DNA from: Caecitellus pseudoparvulus | Taxonomy: Eukaryota > Protista > Bigyra: Bicosoecida | Reading direction: 5' to 3' | Assembly: GCA_965644315.1 (NCBI GenBank) | Contig: CBFFRQ010000019.1 | Span: 1 to 64,000, forward strand | Length of the DNA: 64,000 nt | Shown here: in pieces, positions 11,345 through 21,749 of the stretch | How positions within the stretch are numbered: the stretch's first letter is position 1 | How the letters are laid out: every line of letters starts with the position of its first letter | Program-made: the position numbers and the translations under genes | The notes under the pieces: generated by a model | Told to the model about the DNA's origin: nothing | The model's input: the letters and a program-made list of their open reading frames with translations, nothing else | The model's database searches: none

Positions 11345-12401
11345 GGGCTACACGAAGCCGGTGCCCAGTGCTGTGAACAGGCAGACTCGAGATGTGCGCA
11401 CGCGGAGGACACAGCGTACGTACTTCCCTGACCGCTCACAGCGCGGGCCACCCCGGTCCTTCTCCCAGCAGTCCACCTTGTTTGATCACGGCCTGGTCCA
11501 AGGAAGACAGTCCACTTCCATGGGAGATGGTCCTGAGAGTGGAGGAGGGGCAGCAGAGGGGGCAGGCGGGCAGTAGCAGGCTTACGTATGTCGTGGTGAC
11601 AACCACGGTCACCCTCCTGCGAAGCAGCGCCCCTGCTGAAGCTCCCCCTGATGATTGACGAATAGCTCTGCGAAAGGAGGAGAAATTGCTGAACGAATGG
11701 TCCACGGGCACTTACCTGACGATGATGGAGCCTCCTGAAGTCCTCGAAGAAGCCCTGCGGCAACGCGGGTGGAACAAGCCGTGCTTGACGTACGGACGTC
11801 CCACGCGCGGCGCCGCAGGCATAGACTCACCGGCTCCGGACTCAGCATCCAAGTGCAAGAGAAGTTTGACCTTGATATGAAGAAAGTATCCTGTGGAAGG
11901 GAAGGGGTGCTGCGGCGCGCACTCGTGCGCCAGGCGGTCCCTCCGCTGCCGCGGCGTTTCGAGCGAAACGCCACAGCAGCACCCCTCCCTCACAACGGCC
12001 TGCAGTTGCCCCGCAAGGTTCTCTCGCGGCAGCAGGCATGTCGAAGGCAACAAGCATGAAGAATGGTGCAGAGAAGTGAGTTGGATTATGATGTGAAGTG
12101 CTGATTGACGAGCGCGCCACCTGGATGAACTCTCTGTGGTGTGGTTCAAGCTGGCCAAGGACGGGACTTTCTCCCCTTGGGGCGGGCGTAGGACACGCCC
12201 TAGCAAGCGGTGACCTCTACAACGGTCGCAAGACTGTGTTGGTTGCAGATCCACGCAAGTGGAAGCCGCTGTGGCGCTTCTGCAGTGCATTCGTGCACGG
12301 CAGCGAGCGCCGCATGTGACGCCCAAGCCGAACCGCGCAAGTTGCAAGCGTGGAGGTGAAGTGCAATGCATTGAACAGCTAACCCTAACCCCTAACCCTA
12401 A
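11343..12401 (+). mobile_element. Unit E2b: shorter 5'-truncated copy of E2, a direct repeat of 9547-10605
   Basis: Appears identical to 9547-10605 at offset 1796 (the ORF-track translations are identical), including the variant tail at 12379-12401. Confidence 0.95.
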
Positions 12402-15400
12402 ACAGCTATAGGGGAAAAGCTTCTTACAACCGAGGACCTTGTGCTGCTGCAGCATGCAGCTGCGATCCAAAGTGCACAGCGAGCGTACGCATCTCTGCGC
12501 AGCATGAAGCAAGTTGCGGCTGGAGACTCATCTGACTCTGATGTACAAGCTATTCCGATGGCTAACACGACTGCTGAAGAGTCTCCAGAAGATGATCTTG
12601 AACTTTTCACCCGCCTCCTTCGACGGTTCTCCCCTCCCGATGCATCCATTCAGACTGCCATGCCCCCAGTCCTTCTTCCAGGGCTGCACACACTATTGGA
12701 AGAACTGAACTATGACTACGTGCAACTCAACGGAGGCGGTCCCCAGATCAGAGGAGAGATGGATCAGAGATGGCTCACCTCATGTTGATCTTGGTAGACC
12801 CACAGCGGAATGAGCTTGTGCTATGGAACCCAGACGAACCAACACAAAGCACATCCATCCCAATGGTCAACTGTATGGACCATCTGCACTCCCAAGGGAT
12901 CGACACTGTCTACAGAGTTTCAGCAAAGAAGCATACGGGAGCCCCCACTTCTCTCCGGGACCGAGTGAGAAGAGCCCTCCTGAAGCTCAAAGAGCGATAC
13001 CCACCCTTTCCGTTCGTGGATGCGGAGGGGATGGTCCACATGAAGACCTACATCGCAAGCCGATCTACACGGATCACCATGCCAACTGGTCGCCCAACCC
13101 GAAAGCAAGCCGCATCAGAACAATACGTCAGAGAGCATGATCCACTCCTGCAACTCATACCCAGTCCGTCTCCACCACTCAAGACAGACTGGACGCAGAG
13201 TCCACATACCCCAATCGGCCGTGCAGCCACGACCCAAGTCGCTCTTGTCTCATGGAACGTCGCTGGGGCAGGGGGGCAACACCTACATGAGCTGATCCTG
13301 TGCACAAAGTCAGTGATCAAGCGGTCAGCACGCCTGGTTATGTGTCTCACTGAGCCAGGTGGACGTGGAGTCCTGGACACTGAGGTGATGGGGCTTCAGT
13401 GTTTTCGTCCCAGCCCACCCGAACGACCTCCAGGCAGAAGCGAGGTAGCTATGCTTGTCGATAGCCGGCTGAATGCCTCCCTTCTCCCAGGACTAGGGCT
13501 TGATGGCCGCTGTTTGGTAGCCTGCTCCATCCCCTGCAAGCCCTTGCCTCTTGCTGTGATCGGAGCGTATGTCCCGAATTGGCATACAGCCCAAAGGAAG
13601 AAGGCGCTTGCAGACCCCGACACCAAACTCCCACACCGGCAGGAGATGTGGGAGCAGCTTACCCATGCTGTTCAATCACTACGCCACACCCACATGATAG
13701 CGCTCATGGGAGACTTGAACTGTCACCCTGGCGACTCTGGCATGAAGTGCTGGGACACAGAGGCGTGGGAAAACAGGACAGGAGTTCCCGATCCTACAGA
13801 TGATGTTGGAGTACTCGATGCACTTTGCAGAGAAGGGGGGCTCCAGCCAGCGGGGAAGAGTGGGGACTCAACACAGGCGACGTTCAAGCGTGCCCTTGAT
13901 CATGTACTCATCTGTCCAAGGCTGATGCACCACCTAAGACAGCCGTTAAAAGTGACAACCACATTCTCTCGCTCAGGCAAACGAAACCCAGCCAAGATGG
14001 AGCTGAGCGACCATCACCTTCTGTCAGTCATAGTTGCTGTCAAGCTGAAGGGGCAAGCAAGGAAACTTCGCTCAACCCATCGCCAAGCCACTGCCCCTCC
14101 TTGGTGGCCGTCTGCAACGCCAGAAGGATCAAACGCCCAACTCCACTTCAGAACTGCGGTCAAGCAGTCACTGGAGACTGCCCTGGCAGCGCCACTTGCA
14201 GACTCGTCGAAGCAGCTTACAGAGCTGGATGACATCATTGGCCTTGCAGCTCGCGACACCCACTCGCACTGCAAGGTGTTGAGCACAGAACATCTCCAAG
14301 TACTCACGCATGTGCGATCACTCAGCTCACAAAAGAAGAAGCTGACCGCGAAGGTGTCCCGCCTCCGAAAGAAGCTCGATCGTACCCGGCGACATCACGC
14401 ACTTCTGCGAGGCGCAACGGATGAGGTCCGGAAGAGGAAAGCACGCTCCTTGTGGGAACAGCAGCAGATGCTGAACGAAGACATTGACGCCACGCAGCGT
14501 CTGCGAAAACAAGCAATGAGAAAATGCTCGAGACTCGCAGCCAAGAAGCACCGATCTGCACTCCGCCAAGTGAAGCAAAGGCTCCGTGAGCTGATTCATG
14601 TTGATCCCTTTGCGGCGCATACACACATACGCCGTCTGTCTGGGCGGGGTCGGCGCACCTCCTCAACTCCACTGCAAGCGGTGTACAACACGGAAGGGTT
14701 CCTCGTTACGAGCCCCGACGAGGTCAAGGCCACCGTTCGTGAACAGATGGCCGACATCATTGGACCCAGACAGCAGCAGGTGATTCCCCTCGAGTTCGGA
14801 CTATCCAGGTTCCTACCAACAAACTGCGCACACTTCGTGCCACCAGAAACGTGGCTTCCAGTGACAGACGTGGCTGTCTCTCATATCGACAAGCTAAGCC
14901 TTCATCGAAGTCCCGGACCAGGACATTACCAAGCCGAGCACCTGAAGTACTCACCGCTACCCGTGAAGCGAAAGTACGCGAGGGTTCTACTAGATGCCTT
15001 GCAGCAAGGCCAGCCACCAGCTACCTACCACAGTGGGGTTGGCACACTTCTCCCAAAGAAGACCAGCAAGCCAGGCCGAGTCTGCACGTATAGACTCATA
15101 GTGTGCCGTCCTCCGCAGGCGAAGCTTTTCTTCTCCCTGGTTGCGACCTGTGTCGAAAGCTGGATGAAGACTTGGATATCCAAAGAGCAGGCAGGCTTTA
15201 CACGTACTCGAAACACCCATGAGCAAATCCTTGCACTGCAGGAGGCTGCGAATGAGTACGTAAGGGTCTCTGCTGGGCGGTCTGTTCTGATCCTGTTTGT
15301 CGATTTCAAGGGAGCATTTGACACAGTCAGTCACTCGGCCATCCTTGAGATCCTCACGGCTGCTCATCTTCCCCAACCCCTACTGGCCTGTGTCAAAGAC

Positions 15401-18400
15401 TACATGACGCGAGCAAGCGTCGCCATACACACTGCACATGGTCTTTGCGATCCGATACCGGTCACGAACGGTGTTCCCCAGGGCGGCGCACTCTCTCCTC
15501 TCCTGTTCAAGATCGCTATTGACATTCTGTCTCAGCGGCTTCATGAGCTTCCCTACCAAGGCATTGTTGGAGCAGGAATCAGAACTCCCCATGGCCACAT
15601 CACGCATACACTGTATGCTGATGACCTTGCATGTGTGGCCACTTCCCCTGCCGCGCTGCTCCGAATGTTCCAGGAAGTGAAAGCTCTTGGCGAGCGTGTG
15701 GGGCTTGCCATCAACCCAGGGAAATCAGGAGTCATGATCGTCACAAGTGCCTCAGCCAGCCGTGGGGTTTCTGCAACAGAGCGGCGTAAGGGCCTGTGGA
15801 GATCAAAGTGGCTCAAGTCAGGCTCCATGTTGAAGGTGAAAGGCGTCCCTATCCAGCGGACAAGCACCTATACCTACCTTGGGGCACCACTGTCAGACAA
15901 CACCAACCGCACCAGACTCCTTGCGATCAGACAGGCCAGCATCTCATGCTGTCAAGCGGGCTTCTCCTGTGGAGCCCTGCTGAGTAGTAGGTGGCTGGAC
16001 GTCAACCTGAAGCACCGAATGAGCGCGGCCTCCATCACAAGCGCAGCAGACTATATCCTTGCGACCCAAGTTCGGAACTCAGTCCTCCCCCTCCGAGATG
16101 TTGACCGGGGACTTGCCAAAGCACTAAGCAAATCCCACCTTGGCATGCAGAGCTCGCTCATGCGCATGCACAATTTCTCCAAGCTGGCTGTCTGTGGGAT
16201 TCTGCCTGCACACATCCGAGCTACCAAGCACAGGGTCAACATCTTCAGGAGACTACTGAAAGGGATCAATCAAAGCACCCCAGCAGCAATCGCTCTCAAG
16301 TACACCCTCCCCGATGCCATCGAACGCCTGCCAACCGATGTGGACATGCAGCTCGTCTTGAGGACCAATATTAGCCTGGACAAACCTGCTCCAAATGGTG
16401 TGCCAGACTCTTGGGCTCTGCACGGCTTGCTCGACTTGTGGCTCTACGGAGCACTCCCAGACAGAGCGGATGTACTGTGTTACTGCACCCCAGCTGATGA
16501 AGAAGAAGTGAGCTTGGACTGTGGTCTCGATGTCTGCCGAGGCATGGATGCACTTCCGTTGAAGGTGGAGCTTCTTGGTCTTGCAGCCGCAGAGTCCAGC
16601 TCGTTCCTTTGTGCACCGGTCTTCGCAGCGTCCACACCTTGGGCAACACGTCAGCGCATCATTGAGTCGTATCAGCACATCGCACCAACAGTGACCTGTC
16701 CAGAAGTTCAGTACTCTACCACAAGCGAGATTCCGCGAGCACGACGTCCAAAGCCCTACCACGTTGGACCTGGCGCACGGCTCTTCGTTTGGCTCCATCC
16801 CATCCCCTCGGCTGCGAGCCCACTCCTCTGGGCCTGCGAAGAAGAGCAGGAAAAGCGAGTAAAGGTTCACCTGTGGCAGACTTTGCAGGTGCTACACGGC
16901 GACGACTTCCCAACCTGCTTCAGAGAGTGCCCTCTCTGCCAGAGCCGCATGTGGCCTAGCCTTCACGAGCACATCTTGCTTTCCTGCACACACCCTCCAC
17001 TGGCTGAGTCTAGAACAGCAGCTCTCAAAAGCACCCTTCAACTCGCACTTCAATCTGCGGAAGAAGCTTCACGCAAGCCCCGACCTTGTCGCGTTGCTGT
17101 CCCTCAACTTCTGGTTGCAGCTCTGCATCGCTGGGAAGCGGGCCTCTATCTCCGCACCCCGGAGCGGAAGGTCATGCTCCGCTTCCTTCTCTGTGGTCAA
17201 TGGCCCTTCCGTTGGGGCACGGCGGCTGACCTGCAACTTGTGTCGAAGGAGGAGGCATCCGTGCTCTCGAACCCACACCTGTCCTTCCGCAACTCTGCCG
17301 GGCCACTCCTCCCTCCTTCCTGCTGGAAACAAATGGTGGCGAAGGCGGCCGACTTCTCATCAACTGCGTGGGACGAATGTGTGAAGCGTATGCTCAAACT
17401 CACCTCTCAAGAGTTTCTACCTGTGCAAAAGCATGCACGGTATCTGTGGTGGGCGGCGCATGGGCGGGGAAGTACACTACCTGGGTCGTCAAGACCTCTC
17501 CCAAGTGCGGTAAGCAAACACACCGCCAGGGTCCGGGCGAGGCGGTTTGAGCGTACATACTTCCCCGTGCGCACGGAGCGGCGCGCTCCGCGCTCCTTCA
17601 GTGCGCAGTCCACGCTGTTTGATGTTGGTGTTTCCAGGCCCGACATACCATCCAGTCCGGGTTCTGACTTGGAGTAGTCCGTGAGAATCCCCTGGTAAAC
17701 GCTGGCGGATCTGTGGAAACAAGATGGAAAGGCGTGGTGAGAACCACGATGGAAACTGTGGGCTTGGAAATCTTGGCAACGCTGGCCAGGTGGCCGGCCT
17801 TCATCTTGGCTTCTTTCTGCGAAGAAGAGAGAAATAAGTCCAAGATTGACGCATGAGTACTTAGATGGAGGCCTTGGATCCATGAGAAGCCCTTTGTATC
17901 CTCCTGTGGCGGCGCGTGCGGAAGTAGCCGTGCCCCACGCACGGGCGCAAGGCACGCCGCCACCTGGAAGAGGACTCACCAGGATCCAGCCCGTCCACAA
18001 GTACTTCATCGACCTACATGCGCAGAAAGGAGCGGAAAGAGTGTGGAACATGTCAGGAACAAGGTGTTCTTCAAGCGTTCGGCGGGGCAGGCAGCGCGTG
18101 GTGCTGCCAAGTGCACTGCCCCACCGTGAAACGCCCCCACCTGTCCCGGGCACTGAGGCCCATGTAGGGCCCACAGTGGGACGAAGTCCCGGGCCCGAGT
18201 CGGAAACCGGCCCGGGATAATGGGGGAAGTTGAATTGTGAACTGATGGAATGTCTGAGTGGGTTGCGCTGGCTGCGCACCCCCCCCACGAGACCGAGCTC
18301 TGGCCCCCTCGCGGGCATGTGGACCTTTCTACCAAGGGGCGGGCGTTGAAACGCCCTAGCGAAGCGGCGGCTTATACAACGGACTCACGTCTGTGCTGGC

Positions 18401-18546
18401 TGCAGATCCATTAACATGGTAGCCGCTGTGGTGTACATCGTGGCGCATTCGTGCGCGACGGTGAGCAGGACACCACGTGTGATGCCCCAGCTGCACCGCG
18501 CCTGTGGCAAGCGTGGAAGCGAATTGCAATGCATTGAACTGTCTAA
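12402..18546 (+). mobile_element. Unit E3: 5'-truncated retrotransposon of a third family, the innermost unit
   Basis: Starts at TAIGEKLLTTEDLVLLQHAA (aligns with E1 TAAGEPLFNDDDLVLLQHAA); long intact ORF; ends CAATGCATTGAACTGT-CTAA(C). Confidence 0.94.
12770..17677 (+). CDS. E3 APE-RT-CCHC ORF (1635 aa uninterrupted; N-terminus truncated, with a deletion/frameshift at ~12755)
   Basis: VSWNVAG, LTEP, AYVPN, MGDLN, LDHVL, SDHHLL, QAGF, FVDFKGAFDTVSH, GVPQGGALSPLLF, LYADD, YTYLG, CPLC-x9-H-x4-C. Confidence 0.93.
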   Translation: MAHLMLILVDPQRNELVLWNPDEPTQSTSIPMVNCMDHLHSQGIDTVYRVSAKKHTGAPTSLRDRVRRALLKLKERYPPFPFVDAEGMVHMKTYIASRSTRITMPTGRPTRKQAASEQYVREHDPLLQLIPSPSPPLKTDWTQSPHTPIGRAATTQVALVSWNVAGAGGQHLHELILCTKSVIKRSARLVMCLTEPGGRGVLDTEVMGLQCFRPSPPERPPGRSEVAMLVDSRLNASLLPGLGLDGRCLVACSIPCKPLPLAVIGAYVPNWHTAQRKKALADPDTKLPHRQEMWEQLTHAVQSLRHTHMIALMGDLNCHPGDSGMKCWDTEAWENRTGVPDPTDDVGVLDALCREGGLQPAGKSGDSTQATFKRALDHVLICPRLMHHLRQPLKVTTTFSRSGKRNPAKMELSDHHLLSVIVAVKLKGQARKLRSTHRQATAPPWWPSATPEGSNAQLHFRTAVKQSLETALAAPLADSSKQLTELDDIIGLAARDTHSHCKVLSTEHLQVLTHVRSLSSQKKKLTAKVSRLRKKLDRTRRHHALLRGATDEVRKRKARSLWEQQQMLNEDIDATQRLRKQAMRKCSRLAAKKHRSALRQVKQRLRELIHVDPFAAHTHIRRLSGRGRRTSSTPLQAVYNTEGFLVTSPDEVKATVREQMADIIGPRQQQVIPLEFGLSRFLPTNCAHFVPPETWLPVTDVAVSHIDKLSLHRSPGPGHYQAEHLKYSPLPVKRKYARVLLDALQQGQPPATYHSGVGTLLPKKTSKPGRVCTYRLIVCRPPQAKLFFSLVATCVESWMKTWISKEQAGFTRTRNTHEQILALQEAANEYVRVSAGRSVLILFVDFKGAFDTVSHSAILEILTAAHLPQPLLACVKDYMTRASVAIHTAHGLCDPIPVTNGVPQGGALSPLLFKIAIDILSQRLHELPYQGIVGAGIRTPHGHITHTLYADDLACVATSPAALLRMFQEVKALGERVGLAINPGKSGVMIVTSASASRGVSATERRKGLWRSKWLKSGSMLKVKGVPIQRTSTYTYLGAPLSDNTNRTRLLAIRQASISCCQAGFSCGALLSSRWLDVNLKHRMSAASITSAADYILATQVRNSVLPLRDVDRGLAKALSKSHLGMQSSLMRMHNFSKLAVCGILPAHIRATKHRVNIFRRLLKGINQSTPAAIALKYTLPDAIERLPTDVDMQLVLRTNISLDKPAPNGVPDSWALHGLLDLWLYGALPDRADVLCYCTPADEEEVSLDCGLDVCRGMDALPLKVELLGLAAAESSSFLCAPVFAASTPWATRQRIIESYQHIAPTVTCPEVQYSTTSEIPRARRPKPYHVGPGARLFVWLHPIPSAASPLLWACEEEQEKRVKVHLWQTLQVLHGDDFPTCFRECPLCQSRMWPSLHEHILLSCTHPPLAESRTAALKSTLQLALQSAEEASRKPRPCRVAVPQLLVAALHRWEAGLYLRTPERKVMLRFLLCGQWPFRWGTAADLQLVSKEEASVLSNPHLSFRNSAGPLLPPSCWKQMVAKAADFSSTAWDECVKRMLKLTSQEFLPVQKHARYLWWAAHGRGSTLPGSSRPLPSAVSKHTARVRARRFERTYFPVRTERRAPRSFSAQSTLFDVGVSRPDIPSSPGSDLE

Positions 18547-19599
18547 CACGGCGCCAGCTGCAGATGGATCCTCATCATCACCGATGTTGTCAGTGCCACT
18601 GTACCCGAGTTGGCCGTAAAACCCATAACCCCAGCACATCACATCACCACTGCTCAACAGAACACATGTGTAGCTGGCACCAGCTGACACCTGAGTGGCG
18701 GTCAGACCTGTGCCCAGGTTCACGGCGCCAGCTGCAGATGGATCCTCATCATCACCGATGTTGTCAGTGCCACTGTACCCGAGTTGGCCGTAAAACCCAT
18801 AACCCCAGCACATCACATCACCACTGCTCAACACAGCACATGTGTGTACGGCACCAGCTGACACCTGCGTGGCGGTCACACTTGTACCGAGGTTCACGGC
18901 TCCAGCTGCAGATGGATGCTCATCATCACCGATGTTGTCAGTGCCACTGTACCCGAGTTGGCCGTTCGATCCACGACCCCAGCACATCACATCACCACTG
19001 CTCAGCACAGCACATGTGTGGTCGTCACCAGCTGACACCTGCGTGGCGGTCAGACCTGTGCCCAGGTTCACGGCGCCAGCTGCAGATGGGTGCTCGTTGT
19101 CACCGATGTTGTCAGTGCCACTATACCCGAGACGGCCGTAAAACCCATAACCCCAGCAAAGTACATTGGATTGGTCAGTGAAGCATGAATGAAAGCCTCC
19201 TGCTGAAACTGTGGGACTTGAAGGAAGGCCTGTGCTCATGCGCCTATTGAAGGAAACTGAAGTCGATTGGTGCCTCAGCCCGCGAAGGGTGCTATTCTTG
19301 CTGAATGCATGCGCATTTCCTGCCAGCAAGGCTAGCAACACGATGTTAAAACGCAGTTCCAGAGACCCCCGCGCACTCTGCCACTTCCCCCGGGAAGCCT
19401 TGGCTTTCTTGGTATCAAATGAAAACATGTTGTCAAGAGTTCTCATGGGATTGCTGTGTTGCTCGAAAAAGCCCCTTGCTTCAGCGGGAATGAGCATGTG
19501 CATGCAAGCTGCGGAAACGCGGGTCATTGCATGCCACGCGGTGTGCAGCTTGTGTGGAGGTGGAGGCTTAAGCAGGAGACATCGGCAAGGGCAAGCCAA
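18547..19599 (-). pseudogene. RCC1/BLIP-II repeat protein gene, 3'-truncated by E3 (start codon uncertain; signal-peptide-like segment)
   Basis: 174-nt (58-aa) repeats VSAG..HTCAVLSSGDVMCWG.G..GQLGY, with equivalent positions at 18547, 18721, 18895 and 19069; the periodicity breaks at the E3 junction. Confidence 0.85.
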
Positions 19600-21749
19600 C
19601 TGAAATGCGTGAATGGCCCACCTTGCAGTGGAAGACTAAAGACAGAGGTTCGGTAGGCAGCAGCAAACTCATAGGCACACAACCACAGAGCACCACCGGT
19701 ACACAAAGGAGGCCATTACCGAGGAGAGCAGAGCTACAAGGGCAACTTTCTCACTCACCACACCAGCGACTTTCAGGTAGAGAGAAGCTGAACTAGGCGC
19801 CGACGAAGAAGTGAGTCCGCGGGTTATACGCAATCCTGGCTGTTTCGGGCACAAAAATGGGTCCCGGGAATGATGCGCTCCTTTCACCAGTGCCGGAATG
19901 GCATCGAACTGTCCTTCATGCCCCTTTCCCGAGTCCTAGCTTACGTAGCTCTCCCACAGGTGTTTGTCTGAAGCTTCCTGAGATTCAGCTCCGAAGAATG
20001 AATCCCGAGCCATTGTGCATCCACCAAGGGACCCTTCGTTGCCACACGAGATTTCCATCTGACGTGGTTCCGGCCGCACTTCTCATTCACGAGTGCGGCC
20101 CATACCAACTTAGTGAAAGCCCCACTCATGCCCAGAAGCTTTGCACACAATGGGGGATGTGCGGTCCAATCACTAATCTTCCTGCTTCAGATTCAGACGC
20201 AGTAATTCGCGGGCGGGGCTTCCACTTCAAACACGTACACCCCTGTTTGTGGTCACAGGATCAAAAGCACTTCTCCAAGAAAAACGGATGAAAGTATACG
20301 CATTTTGCTAAAGGCCAAACAATCGATTGCGTCTAAGCTCCAGCCAGCCTGAGTGCGCAATTAAGGGTATGCACGAGGAAGATTGCGGAAACTGACTCCA
20401 ACGCAGAGGCACCCTGCCCAATGTGAACTAGCTTCTCGTCCAGGATACGCACATGGATCATTTCAAGGAAAGCTACTCAATCACTACGAAAACATTTCAG
20501 CGTGATCAGCACGCACCAGCTTCAAAACGAGGCATGGACTTGCTCATTCACTTGCTGAGGTGCCCTATCGCGCGGACACGAAAGACTACGCTGGCTTGGA
20601 GAAAGGAAGCAGGTCAGTGTTGGGACGTCACAGCGGACCGGAATCTGATCGGCACAACTCCTGGAAGGTCAAAACACTCTGCGCGTGGACACAAGTGTGT
20701 GCTCAAGACCCCTCTACGGCGAGTTGTCGGGGGTAGAGTTGCTTTCGTCCGAAGGCCAGTTGTGCAGAGAGTGTAGACGAGGAGGTGCACTTTTCCTTGG
20801 CAGGTCTGATTCAAGCGGGCATGACTCCACACACTCCACGTACAGCGTCCAGACTGCTCTGTTCGTCCAGTTGCTCGTCCCAAGCAGCAACTCCATCAGT
20901 CTCTCCGAAGAGGCCCTTGCAGCAGTCAAAAGCTTATCTGCCTCCACCCCACACCTCTGCATCTCCGCTTCGCACCCGGGATGGGCGGAGGGTGGCACAC
21001 CATCCCGAGCGTTTCGAAGTCATGGGTGCAGCGAAATAACATTGATTCATGTCTTCACTGTGTTGAACACTTTTCGCGCCGCGAGCGCCGCGGCGGGCCG
21101 CGCATCGGGATGGGTGTGGGAAAGCGTGGTGGCCCCGGAGGGCTGCGTCGGACATGGTGGCAGCCAGACTAATCAACTTCGGATCTTTCTGGCGAAAGGT
21201 AAAGGTGGGGGGCTCATTTTGATGCTTACATTCATATAATTGCACTAGCGCATGATGGGCTGCCTTACGTGGCGTAAGATGCCCCTGCAAAGTGGGCCAG
21301 CATGGGCACCAATTTCCGCCAAGGCAGCTTGAGCGCCAGCTGCCTGCGCCAACTCCTTGCACGCAGCGCACGCGCACAAGTGGGTAATGAAGTAATCAAC
21401 ATGTGCTTTTGAGTTCCAAGCGCGATGTTTCTTGTCCGATGCAACGCCCCCCTGACAGGCCGTTTCGGGGCGCCTTTGGCTGAAAGGTGGAGCCGCAGCA
21501 CGCGTCCTCGCTGGCACTGCGCTGTTTGCCGATGGGGCGCTTCACCGCCCCATGGAAACCGTAGGAAGGTTCCATTCGCTCGCTCCTCGCCATCCAAGGC
21601 ACTTCGTATGCAACCCCTGGGCCAGCCACCACGTCCCCCGCCACCAGCACCCACGGCTCCGCCTTTCACTCCGGCAATTAATCAACCCGCCCCCACCCTT
21701 GCACCTTGGGAGCGCCCAGTTTCACGTGGCAACACAAGAGAAGGGTGTC

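Noticed and set aside
9547-12401. LTR pair of an LTR retrotransposon
   Set aside because: The repeats are 3' ends of a non-LTR element with telomeric tails; no TG...CA termini, primer-binding site or integrase seen
18547-19160. CRISPR-like or non-coding satellite array
   Set aside because: The 174-nt units are in-frame RCC1 protein repeats without unique spacers
19600-21700. Short ORFs between the RCC1 gene and the ankyrin fragments
   Set aside because: No recognisable domain or consistent gene structure; may be decayed coding sequence but cannot be supported
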